The notes beneath the pieces were generated by a model. The model saw only the letters and a program-made list of their open reading frames with translations. It was not told the DNA's origin and searched no databases. The translations under genes and the position numbers were made by a program. Shown piece by piece: positions 38,723 to 48,614 of a DNA stretch of 64,000 nt (position 1 is the stretch's first letter; each line of letters opens with the position of its first letter). The DNA is taken from NCBI GenBank assembly GCA_025057275.1, contig JANWXQ010000070.1, positions 26,986-90,985 on the forward strand, written 5' to 3'. The stretch comes from Chitinophagales bacterium (GTDB lineage Bacteria; Bacteroidota; Bacteroidia; Chitinophagales; UBA10324).

Positions 38723-39670
38723 TTAACCGCCGCCGGCTGCAAGAAAGGTTTTGCGGATCCGGAAGCTGATCATGTTCAGAATGAAGGTGAGCACAAACAG
38801 GGCTATGGCTACAGCAAAAATGGTGTTGTAAGCCAACGACCCGTAAGGCGTGTCGCCCTGGCTAACCTGTACGATAAAGGCCGTCATCGTGGAAACCGGC
38901 TCCAGCGGATTAAAGGTGAGCTGCGGCAGATTGCCGGCGGCAATAGCTACAATCATGGTTTCTCCCACAGCACGCGACAAAGCCAGTATGATGGACGCCA
39001 TGATGCCGGACAATGCCGATGGAAACACAATGGACAGAGACACCTGAAGCTTGCTGGCGCCCAGGGCAAAGCCTCCTTCGCGCAGGCTGTCGGGGACTGC
39101 CCGCAGCGCATCTTCACTCAGACTGGTAACCAACGGAAGAATCATAATGCCCATGACAATGCCCGGCGACAGCGCATTGAAGCCGGCCAGATGGGGAATA
39201 AACTTTTGCAGTAGCGGCGTAAGCGTCAGCAAGGCAAAATATCCATAAACAATCGTGGGAATGCCGGCCAGGATTTCCAAAAAAGGCTTGATCACCTTAC
39301 GAACCGGACGCCGCGCATATTCGCTCAGGTAAATCGCCACTGCCAGGCCCAGCGGAACACTGACCAGCAAGGCAATCAGCGACGTGAGCAGCGTACCCGA
39401 GAGCAGCGGCAGAATGCCGAAATGCTTTTCGGCAAACAACGGAGTCCACTGCCGGGCCGTGAGAAATTCTACAAGGGATACCTCCTTAAAAAAGAAGTAC
39501 GACTGCACCAGCAGCACGGTCAGTATGGCGATGGTGGTGAAAACCGATACCAATGCACACAGAAACAGGACGCTTTTAATCAGCGAATCCGTGTAATAAA
39601 CAACCGGACGCCGCGCACCGAATGCCGTAGACTGCATGGTTTGTGGTGAAGCTTCGGCACGCTGCTGCAT
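38723..39670 (-). CDS. pstC: Phosphate ABC transporter permease PstC
   Basis: 315 aa, polytopic. Loop [14 protein letters not shown]. Positioned between pstS and pstA. Confidence 0.9.
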   Translation of the reverse strand: MQQRAEASPQTMQSTAFGARRPVVYYTDSLIKSVLFLCALVSVFTTIAILTVLLVQSYFFFKEVSLVEFLTARQWTPLFAEKHFGILPLLSGTLLTSLIALLVSVPLGLAVAIYLSEYARRPVRKVIKPFLEILAGIPTIVYGYFALLTLTPLLQKFIPHLAGFNALSPGIVMGIMILPLVTSLSEDALRAVPDSLREGGFALGASKLQVSLSIVFPSALSGIMASIILALSRAVGETMIVAIAAGNLPQLTFNPLEPVSTMTAFIVQVSQGDTPYGSLAYNTIFAVAIALFVLTFILNMISFRIRKTFLAAGGG

Positions 39671-39679
39671 GGCCCGGAA

Positions 39680-40690
39680 TCAGGATCCCTTTTGCAATTT
39701 TTCTTTGAGAACGGTTCCCACTTCTTTTCCATCGGGGTACATGGTGCCTGTTACCCGGTTTTCCCACCGCTGCCTGACCATCGAAAGCAGGTCGGCTTGT
39801 AGCGGAATGTAGCCGGTTTCCCGGGCCAGGTCACTAACATGGTCCAGATAGTACCGGACAAAACCATCCAGCTCTGCCGGAGCCGACTCATCCTGCCGGA
39901 CATAGATGTACAACGCACGGGCCAGAACACCGTAGGTTCCTTCCTGAACCGTTTGCTCTGAAGGAAGAACCGCTCCGCTACCGTTCGCATCGTTTTCATC
40001 GTCAATAGCCACGAGCTTGAGCTTGTCCTGATTTTCCAGATAATAGGCAATACCAAAGTAGCCCAGTGCCCCAATGTTGGAGTTGACTCCCTGCACCAGC
40101 ACGTTGTCGTCTTCGCTGGCGGTATAGTCGCCCCGGCTGTTGCCCCGCTCTCCGTTGACGGCTTCGGTGAAGTATTCAAACGTACCGCTGTCGGTTCCCG
40201 GACCGAACAGTTGCAGCTTTTGATCCGGAAAGGTCGGCCTCACCTGATTCCAGTTGGTGATCTTTCCCTGAGCAGCAGATTCCCAAATGCGCCGCAGCTC
40301 GCTGAGGGTCAGGTGGTCCACCCAGGTATTGTCCGGATGCACTACTACAGCAAGGCCGTCGTAGGCAACCGGCAATTCCACGAAGCGTACGTTATTGCCG
40401 GTGCAATGGGTGACTTCATGGGGCGTTACCGGCCGTGATGCATTGGCCACATGAATTTCACCGTTACAGAACTTCTTGAAGCCACCGCCGGTGCCGGAAA
40501 CCCCGATGGTAATGCGCACTCCTTTGTGCTCTTTTTGGTATTCCTCAGCCACTGCCTCGGAGATCGGATAAACCGTACTGCTGCCGTCAATGCGCAGCGT
40601 AACTTCTTCCTGTTTGCCTGACCCACCGCAACGACTGAGCAACAGCGGAATGGCCACAGCAAACAACGCAAATCGGTAATTAGCTTTCAT
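39680..40690 (-). CDS. pstS: Phosphate ABC transporter substrate-binding protein PstS
   Basis: Lipoprotein signal ...[23 protein letters not shown] and [12 protein letters not shown] are typical of PstS. I use the start at Met5 of the ORF-track model (40702). Confidence 0.9.
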   Translation of the reverse strand: MKANYRFALFAVAIPLLLSRCGGSGKQEEVTLRIDGSSTVYPISEAVAEEYQKEHKGVRITIGVSGTGGGFKKFCNGEIHVANASRPVTPHEVTHCTGNNVRFVELPVAYDGLAVVVHPDNTWVDHLTLSELRRIWESAAQGKITNWNQVRPTFPDQKLQLFGPGTDSGTFEYFTEAVNGERGNSRGDYTASEDDNVLVQGVNSNIGALGYFGIAYYLENQDKLKLVAIDDENDANGSGAVLPSEQTVQEGTYGVLARALYIYVRQDESAPAELDGFVRYYLDHVSDLARETGYIPLQADLLSMVRQRWENRVTGTMYPDGKEVGTVLKEKLQKGS

Positions 40691-40761
40691 GATTCCGGGC
40701 ACAAAGCTAAACGGCTCGCAAAGTTGCTCCGCCTTTTTCCGGTTATGAAAAGATTACTGAC

Positions 40762-40825
40762 GGAAACAATTTGGTAACATTATGGAAACAATGGCTCGGA
40801 AATTTTACAAAATGCAGGAATCCAT
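40762..40825. promoter_or_regulatory. Putative Pho-box-like array: 9-mers GG(A/T)AACA(A/T)T in 11-bp phase upstream of pstS
   Basis: GGAAACAAT at 40762, GGTAACATT at 40773 and GGAAACAAT at 40784 are spaced exactly 11 bp apart. A degenerate in-phase copy GGAATCCAT lies at 40817. The array is 72-135 bp upstream of the pstS ATG. Confidence 0.4.
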
Positions 40826-40902
40826 CAAAAAATCTTCACTAAAGGTTTCTTAACCAAGTTTTTGCTAATTACGGCAACGTGAACACTTGACGAGGGTGCG
40901 TC

Positions 40903-41562
40903 CTAGATGGGCTTATCCGTACGGCCTGTTTCAGGTTGAGGTTCGGAAGCAGCCTGATCGTCATGCCCATCCTGCTCCTGCATCCATTCCGGCACCGGAT
41001 CATCGGAAGGCCCCTGATTCCGGTAGAAAACCGCTAAAAAAACCCCGGTAAGAAAACCAAATAGATGACCTTCCCAGCTCACATGCGTCAGATAGGGGAA
41101 CATGCCCCACACCATTCCCCCATAGACAAAAACTACGGCCAGCGACAAGGCCATCAATTGCCGGTTACGCCGCAACAATCCGCTAAAGAACACGAAAGCC
41201 GTCATGCCATAGACCAAGCCGCTGGCGCCAAGATGATAAGAGGGTCGCCCGATCAGCCACACCCCAAGGCCGTCCAGCAGCCAGGTGATGAGCACCACCC
41301 GGTAGGCCAGGCTGCGATAGAAGTAGATGAGCGCCCAACCCAGCAAAAACAGGGGAACGGTATTAGAAAAAAGATGCGAAAAATCGTCATGCAACAAGGG
41401 CGCCAGGAAAATGCCGGCCAGTCCGCTTAGCTGCCGCGGCATGATACCCAGATGCTCCAAAGCGCCTTCCGTCGCCCAGTCCAGGATTTCAATCACCCAG
41501 AGCAGAACAATGAAATATAATGGAATGAATAAACTGATCCGGGCCCGTTGCGACCACTGCAT
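40903..41562 (-). CDS. Rhomboid family intramembrane serine protease
   Basis: 219 aa with six hydrophobic segments. Catalytic GASGLVYG and a downstream HLFGFLTGV. Confidence 0.85.
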   Translation of the reverse strand: MQWSQRARISLFIPLYFIVLLWVIEILDWATEGALEHLGIMPRQLSGLAGIFLAPLLHDDFSHLFSNTVPLFLLGWALIYFYRSLAYRVVLITWLLDGLGVWLIGRPSYHLGASGLVYGMTAFVFFSGLLRRNRQLMALSLAVVFVYGGMVWGMFPYLTHVSWEGHLFGFLTGVFLAVFYRNQGPSDDPVPEWMQEQDGHDDQAASEPQPETGRTDKPI

Positions 41563-41647
41563 GGCCGAATTTAGCTGCCCTTCTGCACTTAGCGATCGGA
41601 TTCGTCCTGCCGGACGTAGCAGCTTGCATTTTATCTTTGATTAACCC

Positions 41648-43306
41648 ATGCCCGGCTACTCGTTCCGTGCTTGCCTGTTGTTTGCTGCCCTGTTCCTTTC
41701 CTGCAAAAAGCGCGAGCAGGCAGATGCCATTTTTTATAATGCTTCTGTCTATACAGTTAACTACACGTTTGATCGTGCATCGGCTTTTGCCGTTAAAAAC
41801 GGACGCTTTGCGGCCGTGGGCACACTGGATGAACTGCAAAAACGCTATCCGCGCAGCCGCCTCGTTGACCTGAAGGGTGGGTTCGTCTATCCGGGCTTTT
41901 ACGATGCTCATTGCCATTTCATCAGTTATGCTGCTCATCAGTTGCAGCTCGATCTGGTCGGCACCGCCTCCTGGGAAGAAGTGCTGGAACGCACCAAAAC
42001 CTTTGCCTCAAAAAATCCCGAAGGCTGGATAGTGGGTCGCGGCTGGGATCAGAACGACTGGAGCCAGCCGCACATGCCCGATTTCTCCGAGCTCAATCGC
42101 TTGTTTCCAAACCGGCCTGTGTTGCTTCGCCGCATTGACGGACATGCCGGAATTGCCAACCAGCATGCCCTTGATCTGGCTGGCCTTACCGCTCAATCCG
42201 TCATTCCCGGTGGTCAGGTAGTAGTTCGAAACGGTAAACTCACTGGTCTGCTTCTGGATGAAGCACTGACCCGAATGGAAGCTGTCATACCTCCCCCGCC
42301 CACCGATCAGTTGGTTCCGGCCATCCTTCAACTGGAACAGCAATGCTTTGCCGCAGGACTAACCACGCTGGTAGATGCCGGATTGAAGAAAGACGAAATT
42401 GAGTTGGCCGACAGCCTGTATCGCGCCGGCCTGCTGCGCATCCGGCTGTATGCTATGGTCGCTGATGACGAAGTCTCCAAAAAATATTTTTTTGAAAAAG
42501 GCCCCCTGATTGGCGACCGGCTGACGGTGCGCAGCGTCAAGTATTTTGCCGACGGAGCCCTCGGATCACGCGGCGCCCTGTTGCTTCGGCCCTACAGCGA
42601 TCAGCCCCAAACGCTGGGCCTCAGCATCAGCGGAAGGGATTACCTGCTTCAGCAAGCCCGCTTGTGCGACCGCTACGGTTTTCAGATGTGTACCCATGCC
42701 ATCGGCGATTCGGCCAACCGGCTGGTGCTCCACATTTATGGCGAAATTTTAAAAGGAACCAACGACAAGCGCTGGCGTATTGAGCATTGCCAGGTCATTG
42801 CCCCCGATGATTTTCGCCTCTTTGCTCAGTACCATGTTGTTCCTTCCGTTCAGCCGGTGCATGCTACCAGCGACATGTATTGGGCAGTTAAGCGGCTGGG
42901 TGTTTATCGCATCAAAGGTGCCTATGCCTATCGTACCCTGCTCAAACAAAACGGATGGCTGGCCATAGGCAGCGATTTTCCTGTAGAAAACCTGAATCCC
43001 CTGCATGGTTTTTATGCCGCAGTGGTTCGCAAAGACCAGAAGCACTACCCTCCGAACGGTTTCCAGCCCGAGCAGGCCCTGACGCGGGAAGAAGCACTGA
43101 AAGGCATGACCATTTGGGCCGCCCGCTCCTGCTTTCAGGAAACCGACCGGGGCAGCATTGAAGCAGGCAAGCTCGCTGACTTTGTTGTGCTGGCCAAAGA
43201 CCTGATGACAGCTCCGGCCGATAGTTTGTTTGCCATTCCTGTGCTGGCCACCTACCTGAATGGCGAGCAGGTGTATGCTGCTCCCGGTTTTTCGCCGGTT
43301 CCCTGA
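41648..43306 (+). CDS. Amidohydrolase family protein (YtcJ-like metal-dependent hydrolase), lipoprotein
   Basis: Signal LFAALFLSC. PGFYDAHCHF is the HxH metal site. Also HAIGD, the block VQPVHATSD and a C-terminal GSIEAGKLADFVVL motif. Confidence 0.85.
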   Translation: MPGYSFRACLLFAALFLSCKKREQADAIFYNASVYTVNYTFDRASAFAVKNGRFAAVGTLDELQKRYPRSRLVDLKGGFVYPGFYDAHCHFISYAAHQLQLDLVGTASWEEVLERTKTFASKNPEGWIVGRGWDQNDWSQPHMPDFSELNRLFPNRPVLLRRIDGHAGIANQHALDLAGLTAQSVIPGGQVVVRNGKLTGLLLDEALTRMEAVIPPPPTDQLVPAILQLEQQCFAAGLTTLVDAGLKKDEIELADSLYRAGLLRIRLYAMVADDEVSKKYFFEKGPLIGDRLTVRSVKYFADGALGSRGALLLRPYSDQPQTLGLSISGRDYLLQQARLCDRYGFQMCTHAIGDSANRLVLHIYGEILKGTNDKRWRIEHCQVIAPDDFRLFAQYHVVPSVQPVHATSDMYWAVKRLGVYRIKGAYAYRTLLKQNGWLAIGSDFPVENLNPLHGFYAAVVRKDQKHYPPNGFQPEQALTREEALKGMTIWAARSCFQETDRGSIEAGKLADFVVLAKDLMTAPADSLFAIPVLATYLNGEQVYAAPGFSPVP

Positions 43307-43383
43307 ACGGCATCGCGTTGACGCCCGTAATGCGGTTCGCCGCCAGCCCTACCTCCCCTGCCGATTTGTTTAGCTTTGCCGCC

Positions 43384-44454
43384 ATGAAAAAATTTAACTT
43401 TTATTCTGGCCCGGCCATTCTGCCCGCTGAGGTGCTGCAGCAGGCAGCACAGGCAGTTCAGGAGTTAGACAACTTGGGCTTATCGCTTATAGAAATTTCT
43501 CATCGCAGCAAAGAGTTTACTGCCATCGTGGAGGAGTCCATCGATTTGGTACGTGAGCTAACCGGACTGAAAGCGCCCTACCAGGTGTTGTGGCTGCAGG
43601 GAGGCGCCACCATGCAGTTTCTGCAGGTTCCTTACAACTTGTTGAACCGCACGGCCACCGCGGCTTTTCTGGAAACCGGCTCCTGGTCGCGCAAAGCCAT
43701 TAAAGAAGCGCGCCTTTTTGGTCATGTTCAGGTGGTGGCTTCTTCCGCCGACCGCAATTTCACCTACGTGCCCAAAGATTATGCAGTGCCTGACGATGCT
43801 GCCTACTTCCACATTACGACCAACGAAACCATTCACGGCGTTCAGGTGCATGAGATTCCCGAGGCCTCCGTGCCCCTGATCGCCGATATGAGCTCAGATA
43901 TCTTCTCCCGCCAACTCGACTGGAGCCGGTTTGCCCTTATTTATGCCGGAGCTCAGAAAAATATCGGGCCTTCCGGCGCCACCCTGGTTATCGTTAATGA
44001 GGAACTGCTGGGCCACGTGGACCATCCCATTCCAACAATGATGGACTACCGCAATCATATTAAAGATAATTCCCTGCATAATACCCCGAGCACTTTTGCC
44101 ATTTATGTCTGCCTGCTGACGTTGCGCTGGATCCGGCAACAGGGAGGACTGGCCGAAATGGAAAAACGAAACCACCGCAAGGCCGCCATGCTTTATGCAG
44201 CACTGGAAGCCAGCGAACTGTACCGGCCGGTAGCCGAACCTGACGACCGCAGCCTGATGAACGTGTGTTGGGTGCTGACCCGGCCGGATCGTGAAGAGGC
44301 CCTGGTCAGGTTTGCTGCCGAAAACGGCTGCATCGGCATCAAAGGACACCGGAGTGTGGGTGGCTTCCGGGCATCGTTGTACAATGCCATGCCGGAAGAA
44401 GGCGTGCGCCACCTGATTGATGTGCTCAGGCATTTTGAACAGCATCACGCCTGA
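43384..44454 (+). CDS. serC: Phosphoserine aminotransferase
   Basis: MKKFNFYSGPAILP..., ISHRSKEF and YAGAQKNIGPSG (PLP lysine context). The ORF-track N-terminal extension from 43318 is rejected. Confidence 0.9.
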   Translation: MKKFNFYSGPAILPAEVLQQAAQAVQELDNLGLSLIEISHRSKEFTAIVEESIDLVRELTGLKAPYQVLWLQGGATMQFLQVPYNLLNRTATAAFLETGSWSRKAIKEARLFGHVQVVASSADRNFTYVPKDYAVPDDAAYFHITTNETIHGVQVHEIPEASVPLIADMSSDIFSRQLDWSRFALIYAGAQKNIGPSGATLVIVNEELLGHVDHPIPTMMDYRNHIKDNSLHNTPSTFAIYVCLLTLRWIRQQGGLAEMEKRNHRKAAMLYAALEASELYRPVAEPDDRSLMNVCWVLTRPDREEALVRFAAENGCIGIKGHRSVGGFRASLYNAMPEEGVRHLIDVLRHFEQHHA

Positions 44455-44502
44455 TCGGTGCCCTGATCGCTGCTGCCTATATTCGCTGCAACAACCCATT
44501 TC

Positions 44503-45447
44503 ATGATTGAAGTGCTGGCTAACGACGGACTGGATGAGTCAGCCGTAACGGCTCTGCTGCATAAAGGTATCCGCGTTCATACGCAAAAGATTCCGGCAGA
44601 TCAGCTTCCGGATGCCATCAACAACTACGATGCACTTATTGTCCGAAGTGCCACCCAGGTGCGCGAACCCCTCATCCGCCACATGAAGCGCACCCGCTTG
44701 ATCATCCGGGCAGGCGTGGGAGTGGATAATATTGACGTTGAAGCCGCCGAACAACAGGGCATTGCGGTGAAGAACACACCACGCGCCTCATCTGCATCGG
44801 TGGCCGAACTGGTGTTTGCGCATCTGTTTTCCCTGGTGCGTTACTTGTACGATGCCAATCGCCATATGCCCGACCGGGGACATACCCACTTCACCGAGCT
44901 GAAAAAAAAATACGCCAACGGCCGTGAATTGCGCGGCAAAACACTGGGCCTGCTGGGCTTTGGCAACATCGGCCAGGAATGTGCACGCATCGCTTTGGGG
45001 CTGGGCATGAAGGTAGTAGCCTATGATCCGTTTGTGGCTTCAGCCGACCTGCATATACCAATTGGCGATACTACTGTACCGGTCAGAATGCTTACCGTCA
45101 GCAAGAATGAAGTTTTGCGTGAAGCAGATTTTATTTCCATACATGCATCGGGAGGTGATGAAGTGCTTACCGCTGACGATTTTTCCCTGATGAAGGATGG
45201 AGTGGGCATTGTCAACTGTGCGCGGGGCGGCGTGGTGCGCGAATCGGTATTGTTGGAACAACTCCGTATTGGCAAAGTGGCCTATGCCGCATTAGATGTA
45301 TTTGAACAGGAACCTGCCCCCGATGAGCAGGTGCTTCGGCATCCCCGGCTGTCCCTGACCCCGCATATCGGTGCCTCCACCCTGGAAGCGCAGCAACGCA
45401 TCGGCAGGGAAATAGTCGATCTGCTCTGTTCTTTTTTCAAGCGGTAA
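44503..45447 (+). CDS. serA: D-3-phosphoglycerate dehydrogenase (short form, 2-hydroxyacid dehydrogenase family)
   Basis: GLLGFGNIGQ NAD-binding site, plus VNCARGGVV and TPHIGAST. Adjacent to serC. Confidence 0.85.
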   Translation: MIEVLANDGLDESAVTALLHKGIRVHTQKIPADQLPDAINNYDALIVRSATQVREPLIRHMKRTRLIIRAGVGVDNIDVEAAEQQGIAVKNTPRASSASVAELVFAHLFSLVRYLYDANRHMPDRGHTHFTELKKKYANGRELRGKTLGLLGFGNIGQECARIALGLGMKVVAYDPFVASADLHIPIGDTTVPVRMLTVSKNEVLREADFISIHASGGDEVLTADDFSLMKDGVGIVNCARGGVVRESVLLEQLRIGKVAYAALDVFEQEPAPDEQVLRHPRLSLTPHIGASTLEAQQRIGREIVDLLCSFFKR

Positions 45448-45449
45448 GC

Positions 45450-46691
45450 ATGCGCATCCGGCCGTTCCGAGGATTTCGACCCCAGCCCCATCTGGCCGCC
45501 CGCGTTTCGCTGATCCCCAACGGCCTGCTCGGCGACCCCGCACGACGCCGCGCCGCCCGAAATAACCCTTACTCCTTTGCCCATGTGGTTAAACCGCGGA
45601 TTGATTTTTCCGATGACATCAAAAGCACCGATCAACAGATCTACGAGTTTGCCCGAGGGTATTTTGAAAAGATGGTGCGCGAAGGCATTCTGATCCGCGA
45701 CGCCGTTCCCAGTTTTTATCTGTACCGCAGCATTCTGCCCACCCACCGCCAGACGGGTATCATCTGTTGCCTGGATGTGGACGATTACGACCACAACAAA
45801 ATCCGCCGCCACGAACATACCCGGCTCGATAAAGAACTGGCCAACGAGCAACAGATTGCCCTGACAGGCTTGAACGGCAATCCGGTTTTTTTGGCACACC
45901 GACCAACAAATGCCATTGAAACATTTCTGCAGCACTTAGCAGAGCAACCTGCCGACTACGACTTTGCTGCAGAAGGGGGCTGGCAGCAGCAGCTTTGGGT
46001 TATCAACGATGCCGATCAGGTGAAGCAGCTTATGGAACTCTATGAGCAGCACGTGCCGGTGAGTTACATTGCCGACGGGCATCATCGCTGCGCTGCTGCT
46101 TCCCGCTTTGCGGCTTCCATGCGACAGAACAATCAACCCTACCGTTCGCGTGATCATCAGTTTTTTCTGGCCGGTTTGTTTTCAGCCAGCCAATTGCACA
46201 TCTACGATTACAATCGCGTCGTCCGGTCGCTGAACGGAATGACTCCGCAACAGTTTCTTCAGCGGATTGCCGAACGCTTTGAGGTGCAGCCTGCCCCACG
46301 CTCGCCGCTCAAGCCGCAGCGGGCTGAGGAAATTGGCCTTTTTCTAAATGGTTCCTGGCATTTGCTAACCGTTCGACCGGAATTCATTCCCGACGATGTC
46401 GTCGGTAAACTCAGCGTTTCGCTGCTACAGGATCATCTGTTGGAACCCGTGCTGGGCATAACCGACCCACGAAGCAGTAAAGAACTGGATTTCATTCCCG
46501 GCATACGCGGTCTGAAAGAGCTGGAACGACGGGTAACCAAAGGTCGGGCCGCTGCAGCCTTTTCCCTGTTTCCGGTGAGTATGGATGAACTCATCGCCGT
46601 TTCCGATCAAGGCCGCATTATGCCTCCCAAAAGCACCTGGTTTGAACCCAAACTGCTCAGCGGTCTGGTTGTCTTCAAAATGGAATACTGA
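45450..46691 (+). CDS. DUF1015 domain-containing protein
   Basis: 413 aa. MRIRPFRGFRP..., an IADGHHR motif, and a C-terminal PPKSTWFEPKL fit DUF1015 as I recall it. It starts 3 nt after the serA stop. Confidence 0.8.
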   Translation: MRIRPFRGFRPQPHLAARVSLIPNGLLGDPARRRAARNNPYSFAHVVKPRIDFSDDIKSTDQQIYEFARGYFEKMVREGILIRDAVPSFYLYRSILPTHRQTGIICCLDVDDYDHNKIRRHEHTRLDKELANEQQIALTGLNGNPVFLAHRPTNAIETFLQHLAEQPADYDFAAEGGWQQQLWVINDADQVKQLMELYEQHVPVSYIADGHHRCAAASRFAASMRQNNQPYRSRDHQFFLAGLFSASQLHIYDYNRVVRSLNGMTPQQFLQRIAERFEVQPAPRSPLKPQRAEEIGLFLNGSWHLLTVRPEFIPDDVVGKLSVSLLQDHLLEPVLGITDPRSSKELDFIPGIRGLKELERRVTKGRAAAAFSLFPVSMDELIAVSDQGRIMPPKSTWFEPKLLSGLVVFKMEY

Positions 46692-47035
46692 TGCGCCCCT
46701 TTGTCATCATCTTTCCCCATTTGCCGGTTCGGGGAATGGCTTTTTTCCCCTTTGTCATTTACCGCCACAGCGCTTATGCCCGTGATGCCGAAATTGCCAA
46801 CCACGAACACATTCACCTGCGCCAGCAACTGGAACTGCTGATCGTGCCTTTTTATTTTTTCTATGTGCTTAACTACCTGGTCAACCGGATCCGTTACGAC
46901 ACCCATCAGCAGGCATACGAACAGATTGTTTTTGAACGCGAAGCGTTTGCCAACGACCACGATCTGGATTACCTGCGCCGACGTCCCATGTATTCATTTC
47001 TGAAATTCTGGAACGACCCAAAAGGCAAGCCCTGA
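46691..47035 (+). CDS. Small HExxH-motif protein of unknown function
   Basis: 114 aa. NHEHIHLRQQ (HExxHxxQQ) is followed by a hydrophobic helix LELLIVPFYFFYVLNYLV. Its start overlaps the DUF1015 stop (TGATG). Confidence 0.5.
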   Translation: MRPFVIIFPHLPVRGMAFFPFVIYRHSAYARDAEIANHEHIHLRQQLELLIVPFYFFYVLNYLVNRIRYDTHQQAYEQIVFEREAFANDHDLDYLRRRPMYSFLKFWNDPKGKP

Positions 47036-47058
47036 GCCGTTCCGCTTCATTTGCCTGC

Positions 47059-47838
47059 ATGAACCTATTTGTTGCATCTGGTGTTTTTGAACCCAACCGG
47101 CAACGTCGGTTTTCCTGTTGCAGCCTCTTGCTCATCGGCTTGATGGCTACGTTGTTTGTTCCTGTGGCTAAGGGGCAGCCGCTGCTGGTCAAGGGCGTGG
47201 CCGTGGACGATACCACCAGTGCACCGGTGCGTGGGTTGCAGATCATCAATACCTCTACCATGCAGCGCTTTTACGGCGACAGCAGCGGCAACTTTCTGAT
47301 CCAATGCAGTCCGACAGACACCATGGTTTTTCTGGCCAAAGGCTATGCAGTTAAACGCCTGACTTTTCGCCCGGTATCAGCAGAATCTGTTTTGGAAGTT
47401 TCCGTTCGACTGAAAAGGCTGGAATATACCCTGCCTGAGGTACGCATCGCGCCCTCACGCACTTTTGAACAAACCCAAAAGGAGATGTCAGGAAAACCTT
47501 TTGACCCCCGGGAATACCTGCTGCAGGGCAGCGAACGACTGGAACATCCTCTCACCTACCTGTATCAGTTGCTCAGCAAACGCGAGCGCGACCGGCGAGC
47601 CTATGCCGAACTGGTTTATCAGGACCGCGAGCGCGCTCTATTAGCAGAATTGCTTCGTGGCTACAGTGAACTCAATCTGATCTCGGTATCCGATGCCGAT
47701 TTGCCGTTGTTTGTAGACTTTTTATTGCAGCATGCCCTGCTCAATTTTGGATTAACGGAATACGAATTCATCCGCAACCTGCAAGGCTACGAGCAGATTT
47801 TTCAAGACCGTATTCAGCGGCAACAGCCCCGCCGTTGA
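47059..47838 (+). CDS. Hypothetical protein with N-terminal CarboxypepD_reg-like beta-sandwich (tentative)
   Basis: N-terminal hydrophobic segment, then LVKGVAVDDTTSAPVRGLQIIN...GNFLIQCSPTDTMVFLAKGY, typical of Bacteroidota carboxypeptidase-regulatory-like domains. The C-terminal half is helical and unknown. Confidence 0.5.
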   Translation: MNLFVASGVFEPNRQRRFSCCSLLLIGLMATLFVPVAKGQPLLVKGVAVDDTTSAPVRGLQIINTSTMQRFYGDSSGNFLIQCSPTDTMVFLAKGYAVKRLTFRPVSAESVLEVSVRLKRLEYTLPEVRIAPSRTFEQTQKEMSGKPFDPREYLLQGSERLEHPLTYLYQLLSKRERDRRAYAELVYQDRERALLAELLRGYSELNLISVSDADLPLFVDFLLQHALLNFGLTEYEFIRNLQGYEQIFQDRIQRQQPRR

Positions 47839-48614
47839 GCCAAGCGCCGAAACCGCCACCAGACGACTGCGGCAATGAGTGCGGCAAATGCAAGCGCTGC
47901 CCACCACACGGCCTGAACGCTTGGAGAACGAACATCGGCAAACGTCAGAGGCGTAAGCGAAGCCAGCAGCATGCTGTCCGGTTGCCAGGATCGCAGCAAG
48001 GCGTAGTGGCGCTCCCAACTGATGCGATGCAATGCCCGGGGTGGCATGGTTTCAACGTAACATTCCAGTATCAGGCTGTCGGGAAGATGGCCGTGGGCGG
48101 GCAAGGGTACAAAAACCGTTTGCGAAGCCGCAAAGGCTTTGTTCGTATTGATCATGCGGATGGATGCCGGGGTCAATCCGTCATGCAGCCGCAGCCAGAC
48201 GAAGCCATCCTTCCTTGCAGCAGGAAATAGGGGCATTGCCAGACGAAAAGTATGTGTTGCGGACGAGGCAGCAGTTCCATAAAATATTTCCACATGCGTA
48301 ATGCCCGGCTGCAGCATCCAAACGCCGGTGTCGGCTGGCGGTAGTTGCCATGGACCGGCGTTCAGGCTTAGTCGCGGCCAATAAGTAGAGGAAAAACGTT
48401 GGAATGCCCCGGCCCTGAAGCGCTGGCTGTCCGGAAGAGGATTGTATAACCACACCTGACTACGCACCACGCCGTAGCCGGCATATACATCCACCTGATG
48501 GCGTTGCTCAAAAACCGTTACCTCACCACCAGCTGCCGGTTGCCCAAACAACTGATGAAAGGCAAAAGCATATAGCAAAAAGAGCGTCAGCTGTTTCAAG
48601 CGAAACTTGCTCAT
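47814..48614 (-). CDS. Hypothetical exported protein with C-terminal membrane anchor
   Basis: The internal ATG at 48614 gives signal peptide MSKFRLKQLTLFLLYAFAFHQLFGQ. C-terminal TM VWWAALAFAALIAAVVWW is followed by a basic tail. No family recognised. Confidence 0.5.
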   Translation of the reverse strand: MSKFRLKQLTLFLLYAFAFHQLFGQPAAGGEVTVFEQRHQVDVYAGYGVVRSQVWLYNPLPDSQRFRAGAFQRFSSTYWPRLSLNAGPWQLPPADTGVWMLQPGITHVEIFYGTAASSATHTFRLAMPLFPAARKDGFVWLRLHDGLTPASIRMINTNKAFAASQTVFVPLPAHGHLPDSLILECYVETMPPRALHRISWERHYALLRSWQPDSMLLASLTPLTFADVRSPSVQAVWWAALAFAALIAAVVWWRFRRLAQRRGCCR

